This document shows positions 33,680 through 42,710 of a stretch of 64,000 nt of DNA, one piece after another. The translations under genes were made by a program, and so were the position numbers. The notes beneath the pieces were generated by a model. That model had not been told where the DNA came from and ran no database searches. It saw only the letters and a program-made list of their open reading frames with translations. The stretch's first letter is position 1. Each line of letters opens with the position of its first letter. Where the stretch lies: the NCBI RefSeq assembly GCF_058153355.1, contig NZ_CM177019.1. One strand, given 5' to 3'.

Positions 33680-34612
33680 ATGAGGAACGGAATGATGAAT
33701 AATAAAGTCAGCTTCACTAACAGCAATAATCCAACCATCTCTTTGTCTGCAGTGATCTATTTCCCTCCAAAATTTGATGAAACCCGTCAGTATCCGGCAA
33801 TTGTGGTATCTCACCCAGGTGGGGGCGTTAAAGAGCAAACGGCCGGAACCTATGCCGAAAAACTGGCGGAAAAGGGATTTGTCACTATTGCTTATGACGC
33901 ATCTTATCAAGGTGAAAGCGGCGGCGAGCCGCGTCAGTTAGAAAACCCATACATTCGTACTGAAGACGTCAGTGCCGTGATTGATTACCTGACAACGCTT
34001 TCTTATGTCGACAATACCCGAATTGGTGCGATGGGAATTTGTGCCGGTGCAGGATATACAGCCAATGCTGCAATTCAGGATCGCCGCATCAAGGCCATCG
34101 CTACCGTTAGTGCGGTCAATATTGGTTCGATGTTCCGTAATGGTTGGGAAAACAATGTGAAATCTATTGATGCCCTACCATACGTTGACGCGGGTTCAAA
34201 CGCCCGAACCAGCGATATTAGCAGCGGAGAATACGCCACTATGCCACTGGCACCAATGAAGGAGTCCGATGCGCCGAACGAAGAACTGCGTCAGGCCTGG
34301 GAGTATTACCACACCCCTCGCGCGCAGTATCCAACAGCACCGGGTTACGCTACTTTGCGCAGCCTTAACCAGATTATTACCTATGATGCTTACCATATGG
34401 CGGAAGTGTACCTGACTCAGCCGATACAGATTGTGGCGGGCAGCCAGGCAGGGAGCAAATGGATGAGTGACGACCTGTACGATCGAGCATCAAGCCAGGA
34501 TAAACGCTATCACATTGTTGAAGGCGCAAACCATATGGATCTTTATGACGGCAAAGTCTATGTGGCTGAATCAATTTCAGTATTAGCTCCGTTCTTTGAG
34601 GAAACTCTGTAA
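33680..34612 (+). CDS. ycjY: alpha/beta-hydrolase family protein YcjY (310 aa as ORF)
   Basis: hydrolase-fold protein; context matches ycjY; true start may be the internal MMNNK. Confidence 0.75.
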   Translation: MRNGMMNNKVSFTNSNNPTISLSAVIYFPPKFDETRQYPAIVVSHPGGGVKEQTAGTYAEKLAEKGFVTIAYDASYQGESGGEPRQLENPYIRTEDVSAVIDYLTTLSYVDNTRIGAMGICAGAGYTANAAIQDRRIKAIATVSAVNIGSMFRNGWENNVKSIDALPYVDAGSNARTSDISSGEYATMPLAPMKESDAPNEELRQAWEYYHTPRAQYPTAPGYATLRSLNQIITYDAYHMAEVYLTQPIQIVAGSQAGSKWMSDDLYDRASSQDKRYHIVEGANHMDLYDGKVYVAESISVLAPFFEETL

Positions 34613-35551
34613 TGAAACATATTCAAATCCGTAATAGTGATATGGCCTGGCATATTGCTGCCAATATTCAGTTTCCACCAAATTTTGATGAGTCAAAACA
34701 GTATCCGGCGATTATCAGCGTCCATCCTTTTGGCAGTTGTAAGGAGCAGACGTCTGGCAATATCTATGGCAAGGCATTGGCTGAAAAAGGCTATGTCGTT
34801 CTCGCTTATGACGCCAGTTTCCAGGGAGAATCTGGTGGGGAGCCTCGTTGGATAGAAGATCCGACACAGCGCGTAGAGGATATTAGCCGTGTTATCGATT
34901 ATGCAGTAACTCTGCCATATGTTGATGCTGAACGCATTGGCGTGCTGGGTGTGTGTGTGGGGGGGGGGGGGTGGCTATGCCATTAATGCCGCGCTGACAG
35001 AAAAACGAATTAAAGCTGTAGTGAGTATTACGGGTGTTAATATCGGGCGTCTTTTTCGGGAAGGTTTCAGCAATTACGATCCGATTGGCGCATTGAATGC
35101 AATGGCGTCGCAACGAACCAAAGAGGCTCGTGGTGGAGAATTACAGATCAACGAATTACTTCCCGCCAGCCTGGATGCAGCAAAAGCCCATGGACTGACC
35201 GAACGCGATGTTTATGAAGCAACTGACTACTATAAAACACCACGCGGGCAACAACCGGGAGGTGCGACAAAAATGTTGTTCTCACATGCACAGAAAACGC
35301 TGGCCTGGGATGCCTTCGCATTTACTGAAGTGTTACTGACTCAGCCGGTGATGGTAGTAGTTGGTGAAAAAGTCGGTGCCTTCGGTGCTTATCGTGATGG
35401 ACTGGAAGTCTATGGCCGGGCGATGGTTTCGCAGGATCGTCAGTTAGTTTCGTTACCCGATTTCTCACATTATGAACTGTATGACAAACCGGAAGCAGTT
35501 CAGGAGGCGCTGGAAAAAGTTATTCCTTTTTTCAACACCCATCTGGGATAA
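34612..35551 (+). pseudogene. ycjY-paralogous alpha/beta hydrolase, frameshifted at a (GT)4-G12 tract
   Basis: ORFs 34612..34986 and 34919..35551 are collinear with YcjY residue-by-residue (DAERIGVLGVCVGGG | YAINAALTEKRIKAVVSITGVNIG... versus YcjY DNTRIGAMGICAGAGYTANAAIQDRRIKAIATVSAVNIG); reading frame switches inside gtgtgtgtg + 12 G (34951..34971). Confidence 0.7.
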
Positions 35552-35556
35552 GTTTC

Positions 35557-36207
35557 ATGAGAAATATTATGAAAAAAGTACTCATTCTTGGTGCTGGCGG
35601 TCAGATAGCCCGCCATGTGATTAATCAACTGGCAGATAAACAAACCATTAAACAAACTTTATTTGCTCGTCAGCCAGCAAAAATACACAAACCCTATCCA
35701 ACTAATAGCCAGATTATTATGGGGGATGTACTGAATCATGCAGCACTGAAGCAGGCCATGCAGGGACAGGATATTGTGTATGCCAACCTTACGGGGGAAG
35801 ATTTAGATATTCAGGCAAATTCAGTGATCGCTGCGATGAAAGCCTGTGATGTTAAACGTCTGATCTTTGTTCTTTCCCTCGGCATTTATGATGAAGTTCC
35901 AGGAAAATTTGGCGAATGGAATAATGCAGTTATTGGTGAGCCCCTAAAACCATTCCGCAGGGCTGCGGATGCAATTGAGGCTTCTGGACTGGAATATACA
36001 ATTCTTCGCCCTGCCTGGCTGACTGATGAAGATATTATTGATTATGAGCTTACCTCACGCAATGAACCATTCAAAGGTACGATCGTATCACGTAAGAGTG
36101 TCGCAGCATTAATCACAGATATCATCGATAAACCTGAGAAACACATTGGTGAGAATATAGGCATCAATCAACCCGGGACTGATGGTGATAAGCCCTTCTT
36201 CATGTAA
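35557..36207 (+). CDS. NAD(P)H-binding NmrA/SDR-like protein (216 aa)
   Basis: N-terminal Rossmann motif VLILGAGGQIARHV; I recall only a fragment (ymjC) at this position in K-12. Confidence 0.7.
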   Translation: MRNIMKKVLILGAGGQIARHVINQLADKQTIKQTLFARQPAKIHKPYPTNSQIIMGDVLNHAALKQAMQGQDIVYANLTGEDLDIQANSVIAAMKACDVKRLIFVLSLGIYDEVPGKFGEWNNAVIGEPLKPFRRAADAIEASGLEYTILRPAWLTDEDIIDYELTSRNEPFKGTIVSRKSVAALITDIIDKPEKHIGENIGINQPGTDGDKPFFM

Positions 36208-36370
36208 ATCAATTATATAGCTACCATCGTACTGTACTATGTGCAGTACGATTTATTAAACTTATTAAGGTGAACTGATCAATCAGATGCGATTAACATG
36301 TGTAGAACCAGTAAGAATAAAATACGCCATGTATATAACATTACGACAATTCTAATATCTGCACATCAAT

Positions 36371-36408
36371 GAAAATACAAACAACTTCCGGCAAAAAAGT
36401 GATACAAG
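36371..36408 (+). repeat. copy B of the ~35-bp repeated intergenic element (mpaA upstream)
   Basis: GAAAATACAAACAACTTCCGGCAAAAAAGTGATACAAG; about 90% identical to 32375..32411. Confidence 0.6.
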
Positions 36409-36497
36409 ATCGATAACATAGCGTTGAAGAAAAGGATTTGATAATCCGCAAAATTTGCACAACACTGCCTGTAATACTTCCTGAACCAGAGACGATT

Positions 36498-37226
36498 ATG
36501 ACCGTAACCCGCCCACGCGCCGAACGCGGCGCATTTCCGCCCGGAACAGAACATTACGGACGTTCATTATTGGGCGCGCCGTTAATCTGGTTTCCGGCCC
36601 CTGCAGCCAGTCGCGAAAGTGGTTTGATTCTGGCTGGCACTCACGGTGATGAAAACTCTTCGGTCGTCACGCTCTCCTGTGCTCTGCGGACTTTGACACC
36701 GTCTTTGCGCCGCCATCATGTAGTGCTGTGTGTGAATCCTGACGGCTGCCAGTTAGGGTTACGGGCCAATGCTAATGGTGTGGATTTAAACAGAAACTTT
36801 CCGGCGGCGAACTGGAAGGAGGGTGAAACGGTTTATCGCTGGAACAGCGCGGCTGAAGAACGTGATGTCGTATTACTGACAGGTGACAAACCTGGCTCCG
36901 AACCTGAAACCCAGGCGCTGTGCCAGCTTATACACCGCATTCAACCTGCCTGGGTGGTCTCATTCCACGATCCACTGGCCTGTATTGAAGATCCCAGACA
37001 CAGCGAATTAGGCGAATGGCTGGCCCAGGCGTTTGGATTGCCTCTGGTAACCAGCGTCGGTTATGAAACTCCTGGCTCTTTCGGCAGTTGGTGTGCGGAT
37101 CTCAACCTGCATTGCATCACCGCAGAGTTTCCACCTATCTCCTCCGACGAAGCCAGCGAAAAATACCTCTTTGCGATGGCTAACTTGCTGCGCTGGCATC
37201 CTAAAGATGCAATGCGCCCGTCGTGA
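36498..37226 (+). CDS. mpaA: murein peptide amidase A (gamma-D-Glu-Dap amidase, 242 aa from MTVTRPRAERG)
   Basis: zinc-carboxypeptidase-like motif GTHGDENSS; 3' end overlaps convergent ycjG by 26 bp. Confidence 0.85.
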   Translation: MTVTRPRAERGAFPPGTEHYGRSLLGAPLIWFPAPAASRESGLILAGTHGDENSSVVTLSCALRTLTPSLRRHHVVLCVNPDGCQLGLRANANGVDLNRNFPAANWKEGETVYRWNSAAEERDVVLLTGDKPGSEPETQALCQLIHRIQPAWVVSFHDPLACIEDPRHSELGEWLAQAFGLPLVTSVGYETPGSFGSWCADLNLHCITAEFPPISSDEASEKYLFAMANLLRWHPKDAMRPS

Positions 37227-38166
37227 ATTGAAGCGCTGGTTCCACATCTACCGCCAGCCAGGTCGGTCCGTCAAGATCAGCAAAACTGACCTGCGGCACC
37301 AGCGGTAAAGCGGCGCTAATGGCACGAGAGGTACACAACATGCAGCCCAGCATCAGACTGAAACCTTGTGCACGCGCTTCGGTCGCCAGCGCCAGCGCTT
37401 CCGTCAGGCCACCCGTTTTATCGAGCTTAATGTTAACCATCTCATAGCGCCCTTTCAGCGCCTTCAGATTGCTACGAGTATGACAACTTTCATCTGCACA
37501 AATCGGTAACGGATGAATAAAATTCTCCAGTGCCGCATCGTCCTGCGCAGGAAGCGGTTGTTCAAGCATCGCAACGCCTAAATCCGCCAATAGCTGGCAA
37601 CGCGCCGCCAACCCTTCTGCACGCCAGGATTCATTTGCATCAACGATTAGCGTCGCATCGGGTACAGCCGTGCGAATTGCTACCATCCGCTCACTGATAA
37701 GATGGTTATCCAGCTTCACTTTCAGTAATTTCGCGCCTGCCTGCCAGAGTGTTGATGCACTATTGGCCATCTGATCAGGCGTACCGATGACTACCGTCTG
37801 GGCAGTGGTGACTGTCTCGGGAAGCGTTATGCCGATCAAATCAGCCAGCGATTGCTGCTGTTTTCGCGCCGCCAGATCCCACAATGCACAATCCAGCGCA
37901 TTACGTGCTGCGCCGGCAGGGAGAATTTTTTGCAACTCCTCCCGTGTCAGCCCTTTCTCTAATTGCGGCACGACGCTCATAATTTGCGCCATTACCGAGG
38001 CATCACTTTCTCCATAACGCGGATACGGCGTGCATTCACCGGTGCCTTTAATACCTTCTTCTTCCAGTTCAACCACCACCACGCGCGCTTCACTACGACT
38101 TCCCCGAGCAATCACAAACGGGGTATGTAAGGGCCAGGCTTCCTCAAATACCTTAACGATTCTCAT
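37201..38166 (-). CDS. ycjG: L-Ala-D/L-Glu epimerase YcjG (321 aa from MRIVKVFEEA)
   Basis: enolase-superfamily (MR/MLE) fold. Confidence 0.85.
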   Translation of the reverse strand: MRIVKVFEEAWPLHTPFVIARGSRSEARVVVVELEEEGIKGTGECTPYPRYGESDASVMAQIMSVVPQLEKGLTREELQKILPAGAARNALDCALWDLAARKQQQSLADLIGITLPETVTTAQTVVIGTPDQMANSASTLWQAGAKLLKVKLDNHLISERMVAIRTAVPDATLIVDANESWRAEGLAARCQLLADLGVAMLEQPLPAQDDAALENFIHPLPICADESCHTRSNLKALKGRYEMVNIKLDKTGGLTEALALATEARAQGFSLMLGCMLCTSRAISAALPLVPQVSFADLDGPTWLAVDVEPALQFTTGALHL

Positions 38167-38284
38167 CTTTACTCCTTGTTGTCGCGGTGGTCTGCGGATT
38201 AAGCGCAAATAGCGTTTGCTGTGTTATTGACAGTTAGCATAAACTAGGTGTGACGTTAACTATATGTAAACAGGAAAGATAATC

Positions 38285-38788
38285 ATGTCACAAACCGTTC
38301 ATTTCCAGGGCAACCCGGTTACAGTAGCCAATTCCATCCCGCTGGCGGGTAGCAAAGCGCAGACTTTTACTCTCGTGGCAAAAGATCTGTCTGACGTCAC
38401 CCTCGGTCAGTTTGCGGGTAAACGCAAAGTGCTGAACATTTTCCCGAGTATTGATACCGGTGTTTGCGCCGCATCAGTACGTAAGTTTAACCAACTGGCA
38501 ACTGAGATCGACAACACCGTTGTGCTGTGTATCTCTGCCGATCTGCCGTTCGCCCAGTCTCGTTTCTGCGGCGCAGAAGGTCTGAACAACGTTATCACCC
38601 TCTCCACTTTCCGTAACGCTGAATTCCTGCAAGCCTACGGTGTGGCAATTGCTGATGGCCCACTGAAAGGTCTGGCAGCGCGTGCCGTTGTGGTTATCGA
38701 TGAAAATGACAATGTGATTTTCAGCCAGCTGGTTGATGAAATCACCACCGAGCCGGATTACGAAGCAGCTCTTGCTGTACTGCGCTAA
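38285..38788 (+). CDS. tpx: thiol peroxidase Tpx (167 aa)
   Basis: atypical 2-Cys peroxiredoxin with peroxidatic Cys in [10 protein letters not shown]. Confidence 0.95.
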   Translation: MSQTVHFQGNPVTVANSIPLAGSKAQTFTLVAKDLSDVTLGQFAGKRKVLNIFPSIDTGVCAASVRKFNQLATEIDNTVVLCISADLPFAQSRFCGAEGLNNVITLSTFRNAEFLQAYGVAIADGPLKGLAARAVVVIDENDNVIFSQLVDEITTEPDYEAALAVLR

Positions 38789-38795
38789 ACAACTG

Positions 38796-38835
38796 TGCCG
38801 TTCACTGAATCACCACCGGTGAACGGCAGTTTTTG
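38796..38835 (+). terminator. rho-independent terminator of tpx
   Basis: tgccgttcac-(13 nt loop)-gtgaacggca followed by gttttt. Confidence 0.7.
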
Positions 38836-38929
38836 ATCTACCAATCCCACTATTTTCCAGAGTTCCTGCCACTATTCCCCCTAACCGTTGTGCATTAAGA
38901 TTGTTCTTTGCCATTATTAGCCCAGCGGA

Positions 38930-40984
38930 GTGATGACTATTATGGATGATAAACAAATTACGGTCTGGCTTAAACACAATTGCTGTTCAACGGACATTCC
39001 TGCCATTGCCGAGGCACTAACGAACCATGCAGAATGGCTTTTAGAGCTAGCGCCAGATCCTATTGAACAAGGTAGTTCATGTTTACCGCCGACAGCTGCA
39101 GCCGGTATTTTTCTTGGCGCAGCGGCGATGGTTCACTGCGGCGAGGCTAGTGGTGCAGAAACCTGGCTCGAAGCAGCCATTACTGATTACCATTTCTTTA
39201 ATCCAAATGGATATAGTTCATGGAGAGGCAGTACGCCTGTTTTTACAGCATTATCGCGTTACCCGGCATTAAGAATGGTGTTATTTAACGCCGCTTGCGC
39301 AATGGAAGACTGGAATAAAGCATCCGCTGTTCTTGAATCGCTTTTCCATGCCGGCGATGTCCCGGAAGATAACCCTGTCGCCCCAAATTTTACCCCTTAT
39401 GCGCTGAAAGCGTTTATCGCGGATTACCACCCGTTAGGGCCTGCTTATTATGATGAAACCTGGTTGCTGGCAAAACAAGCGTGGTTAATTAATGCGGGCG
39501 TTCTGGATGAGCGAACCTGTAATACCTGGAAGCAATATACCCGCCACTTGCGCCATTTGATCCACAATACACAGTTTGCCGATGCGCTCTCTTTTGTACG
39601 CAGTAAAAAAGAACCGTTAAATCATATCCATACCTACTCAGACTTTTATCTGTATGCGATTGGTTTATTTTCTTATACTAGTCAGCTAAATGAAGCGCTG
39701 ACCTGGATAAAACAGTTAATCCACAACAATGATGGTCATTTCTGTGATCTTTTCGTTTCAACTGGCAAAGAGCGCCGAATAAAGCCTGAACTTAGTACCT
39801 TGCTGAATAATCTCTTGCACAGCGCAGAGTTTCAGGCGTTGCAGGATAAATATCTCACCGTCGGACATGATGTTGTGTATTCTGGTCCCTTCATGTCACT
39901 TTATGAAAAGGTTCTTGGCGGTAAGTCCCGAAAGCGCTGCGCGATTAGTCGAAAATTAATCTCGCCCGGCGAAGCGGTTTATGAATATCGTCAGCTGGAT
40001 AGTGTGGAATATATTGCAGCAAAAGCGGCCTTTCAGACATCTGAGCTAAATAATATCGCCCACCGGCATCATAATGATAGTTATCAGTGGCATGAATTTG
40101 CTGCCCAATGGCCTCGTCGGGGTTCACTTTCTCACCCAGATATTGCCCGTTATTTGTTTGAGCGCCAGGAAGGAAAATGCTTTGATGCCGCAGAGTTTAT
40201 ACAACTGATTGCGGAACCGTTTGTCTTTCCGATGCGTTTCATATGGGTTGCCGGGTTGTCCTTTGAATTACATCAGTATCCGGATGCCTATTTCGTAAAT
40301 GACAATATGGCGGGTGAATTTGTTAATCTCTGCTGGATGGCTATGAAATGCGGACATGCTGGAGACATTTTCAAACAACTGGCCCACGAGCCGCATGACG
40401 TTGCTGACCCTATTTACGCCATGCTCGCCACGTTTGACCGCGCTGATTGCCGTAGCGCCGCCGCCGCGCACTTTGGACAACCGGAACTACCGGAAATAAT
40501 GGCACTGGCTTTCAGTTCGAGGTTATCGCTGGACAGCGTCCTTACCATCGCTGAGTTTGGTAAAAATCAGCCGCGATTTTCACATGCGCTAGCAACGGCC
40601 CTCCTGCGTTACAACCTGCACATCTACTCAAACTATATGCCGCAGGTTAACTGGTTCCTTCAGGGGCTGGAACACTATGCTTTGGCAAAAGGCGGTCAAC
40701 TTTTAAATTTCTTTGTGCATATTCCAGAACAAATTCCCGTTCTGGCGACCATGCTGGAACATGGCGTATTAGTGCGTGGGATCGGTGAAGGTGCCTACGA
40801 TGGTTATGATAATTCAGCAAATTCATTTCATCATGCCGCCGTGATGCACTGCCTCACGCACGCGCCGGAAAAAGTCCGCTACTGGATGGAAACACCCTGG
40901 ATTCAGAACTATTTAGTGAATGCGCCGCTGCGTCAAACGGCGCGCCATGTGGAAGCCTGGCATAAAAAGTTTGGCATCAAATGA
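38930..40984 (+). CDS. uncharacterised 684-aa soluble protein (no recognisable domain)
   Basis: single long ORF with GGAG SD before the second ATG; no Walker A, HTH, DDE or TM signature; Cys/His/Trp/Tyr-rich; lies between tpx and tyrR. Confidence 0.7.
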   Translation: MMTIMDDKQITVWLKHNCCSTDIPAIAEALTNHAEWLLELAPDPIEQGSSCLPPTAAAGIFLGAAAMVHCGEASGAETWLEAAITDYHFFNPNGYSSWRGSTPVFTALSRYPALRMVLFNAACAMEDWNKASAVLESLFHAGDVPEDNPVAPNFTPYALKAFIADYHPLGPAYYDETWLLAKQAWLINAGVLDERTCNTWKQYTRHLRHLIHNTQFADALSFVRSKKEPLNHIHTYSDFYLYAIGLFSYTSQLNEALTWIKQLIHNNDGHFCDLFVSTGKERRIKPELSTLLNNLLHSAEFQALQDKYLTVGHDVVYSGPFMSLYEKVLGGKSRKRCAISRKLISPGEAVYEYRQLDSVEYIAAKAAFQTSELNNIAHRHHNDSYQWHEFAAQWPRRGSLSHPDIARYLFERQEGKCFDAAEFIQLIAEPFVFPMRFIWVAGLSFELHQYPDAYFVNDNMAGEFVNLCWMAMKCGHAGDIFKQLAHEPHDVADPIYAMLATFDRADCRSAAAAHFGQPELPEIMALAFSSRLSLDSVLTIAEFGKNQPRFSHALATALLRYNLHIYSNYMPQVNWFLQGLEHYALAKGGQLLNFFVHIPEQIPVLATMLEHGVLVRGIGEGAYDGYDNSANSFHHAAVMHCLTHAPEKVRYWMETPWIQNYLVNAPLRQTARHVEAWHKKFGIK

Positions 40985-40992
40985 ACGTTGCC

Positions 40993-41013
40993 GCTGCGCC
41001 TGAACGGCGCAGC
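40993..41013. terminator. hairpin between the 684-aa ORF and tyrR stop (no T-run)
   Basis: gctgcgcc-tgaac-ggcgcagc. Confidence 0.3.
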
Positions 41014-41021
41014 CAGCACAA

Positions 41022-42563
41022 TCACTCTTCGCTTTTCTTCTGGTTTAAGCCATATTCCCGCAACTTATTGGCAATCGCGGTATGCGAAACGCCGAGACGT
41101 TTTGCCAGTTTGCGCGTGCTGGGATAATTGCGATAAAGCTGAGTTAATACCGAGCGTTCAAAACGGCTGGTAATTTCGTCCAGCGAACCTTCCATCGCAT
41201 CTTCGCCCACGGCTACCGTTGCGGCGTCATAATCCGGCAACAAAATATCCTGAGGACGCAGCTCATAGCCGTCCAGTTGTGTCAGTGCGCGATAGATAGC
41301 GTTCTTTAACTGCCGCACATTTCCCGGCCACGCATAACGCGTAAGTACAGTATTCAGGTCAGCGGCCAGTTTCGGACGCGGCACGCCCTGCTCGTCGGCA
41401 AAGCGAGCGACGAACAGTTCAGTTAACGGCATGATGTCCTGCGGACAGTCACGTAACGGCGGCAGATTGAGCGTCAACACGTTCAGACGATAATAGAGAT
41501 CTTCACGGAACACGCCTTTTTGCACCAGTTCGACCAAATTCTTCTGCGTAGCGCAAATAACCCTTACATCGACATGCACTTCATGATCTTCACCAACTCG
41601 ACGGAAAGTACCATCATTAAGGAAACGCAGTAATTTCGCCTGCATCCTTGGCGACATCTCGCCTATCTCATCTAACAGCACCGAACCACCGTTCGCCTGC
41701 TCAAAGAACCCTTTTTTACCTTCCGGAGCATGACCAAACAGTTCACTCTCGACCGCATCTTCCGGTATAGACGCGCAGTTCAGCGCCAGGTAAGGTTTGC
41801 CCGCTCGTGGGCTTGCCTGATGGCAGGCGTAGGCAAAGAGATCTTTACCTGTACCGGTGTCACCCGTAATCAGCAACGGCGCGCTTAGCATCGCCAGTTT
41901 CTGCGCCTGTTCGACAACATGCTTCATTTTCGGGCTGACGGCGACAATTTGACTGAAGGCACTGACGTCCTGTGCAGCGACATTCTGCAACTGACGGCCC
42001 ATACGAATCGTCGAGCGCAACATCACCACCGCACCGGTCAGAACGTGTTGATCATTTTCATCCTGAAGATAAACAGGCGTAATCTCCATCAGGAAATTCT
42101 GCCCATTAATAACGACATGCTCGTTATGCGAGTCTTGCGGTTCGCTTTCCAGCCAGCGTAAAAAATTAAAGCCGTTAATTAATTGCGCGGCGGTATGGTT
42201 GCGCAGGCGATCCAATTTTTGCCCAAAAAGCTGACAGCTCGCCGGGTTCGCCATATCCACTTTGCTTTTCATATCAACAGAAAGCACAGGTTCAGGCAAC
42301 GCCTCCAGTAACGCGCTCAACGCCAGATGCTCACGTTCGGAAGGCATCCACGGGACAGTACGCACATCGGTAACACCTGCAATACGGCGTATTTCGGCCA
42401 TCAGACTGCTGAAGCTCTCAAACTCCAGTTCAGCAAAATTGAGGTAGATTCGCCCAATGGGGTCAATCTCAATACCGCGTAAATCAATGCCTCTCAGCAC
42501 CAGTAAATCGAGTAATTCGCGGGTCAGACCAAGTCGGTCTTCACAAAAGACTTCCAGACGCAT
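41022..42563 (-). CDS. tyrR: tyrosine repressor TyrR (513 aa from MRLEVFCEDRLG)
   Basis: ACT/PAS N-terminus, AAA+ domain with GDTGTGKD, C-terminal HTH; lacks the GAFTGA loop, as expected for TyrR. Confidence 0.95.
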   Translation of the reverse strand: MRLEVFCEDRLGLTRELLDLLVLRGIDLRGIEIDPIGRIYLNFAELEFESFSSLMAEIRRIAGVTDVRTVPWMPSEREHLALSALLEALPEPVLSVDMKSKVDMANPASCQLFGQKLDRLRNHTAAQLINGFNFLRWLESEPQDSHNEHVVINGQNFLMEITPVYLQDENDQHVLTGAVVMLRSTIRMGRQLQNVAAQDVSAFSQIVAVSPKMKHVVEQAQKLAMLSAPLLITGDTGTGKDLFAYACHQASPRAGKPYLALNCASIPEDAVESELFGHAPEGKKGFFEQANGGSVLLDEIGEMSPRMQAKLLRFLNDGTFRRVGEDHEVHVDVRVICATQKNLVELVQKGVFREDLYYRLNVLTLNLPPLRDCPQDIMPLTELFVARFADEQGVPRPKLAADLNTVLTRYAWPGNVRQLKNAIYRALTQLDGYELRPQDILLPDYDAATVAVGEDAMEGSLDEITSRFERSVLTQLYRNYPSTRKLAKRLGVSHTAIANKLREYGLNQKKSEE

Positions 42564-42710
42564 GGGAACCTTCACCTGAAAAAAGAACAATTAATATGAT
42601 GATATGACACTATTTGGATAGCAGGAAGGTTTCTGTCAACAATCATTGACACAAAGACGGAAAAACGGGCACTTCGGCGTAAAGATATCCGGTCAGCACC
42701 CGATATTGCA

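Noticed and set aside
34951-34975. Poly-G tract as a G-quadruplex or regulatory structure
   Set aside because: A single uninterrupted G run inside a coding sequence is more simply a slippage-prone homopolymer; no flanking G-runs to form a quadruplex.
38930-40984. Possible P-loop NTPase assignment for the 684-aa protein based on 'GGKS'
   Set aside because: The motif is EKVLGGKS; the Gly required four residues upstream (G-x4-GK[ST]) is absent, and there is no Walker B or other NTPase motif. Left as unknown.
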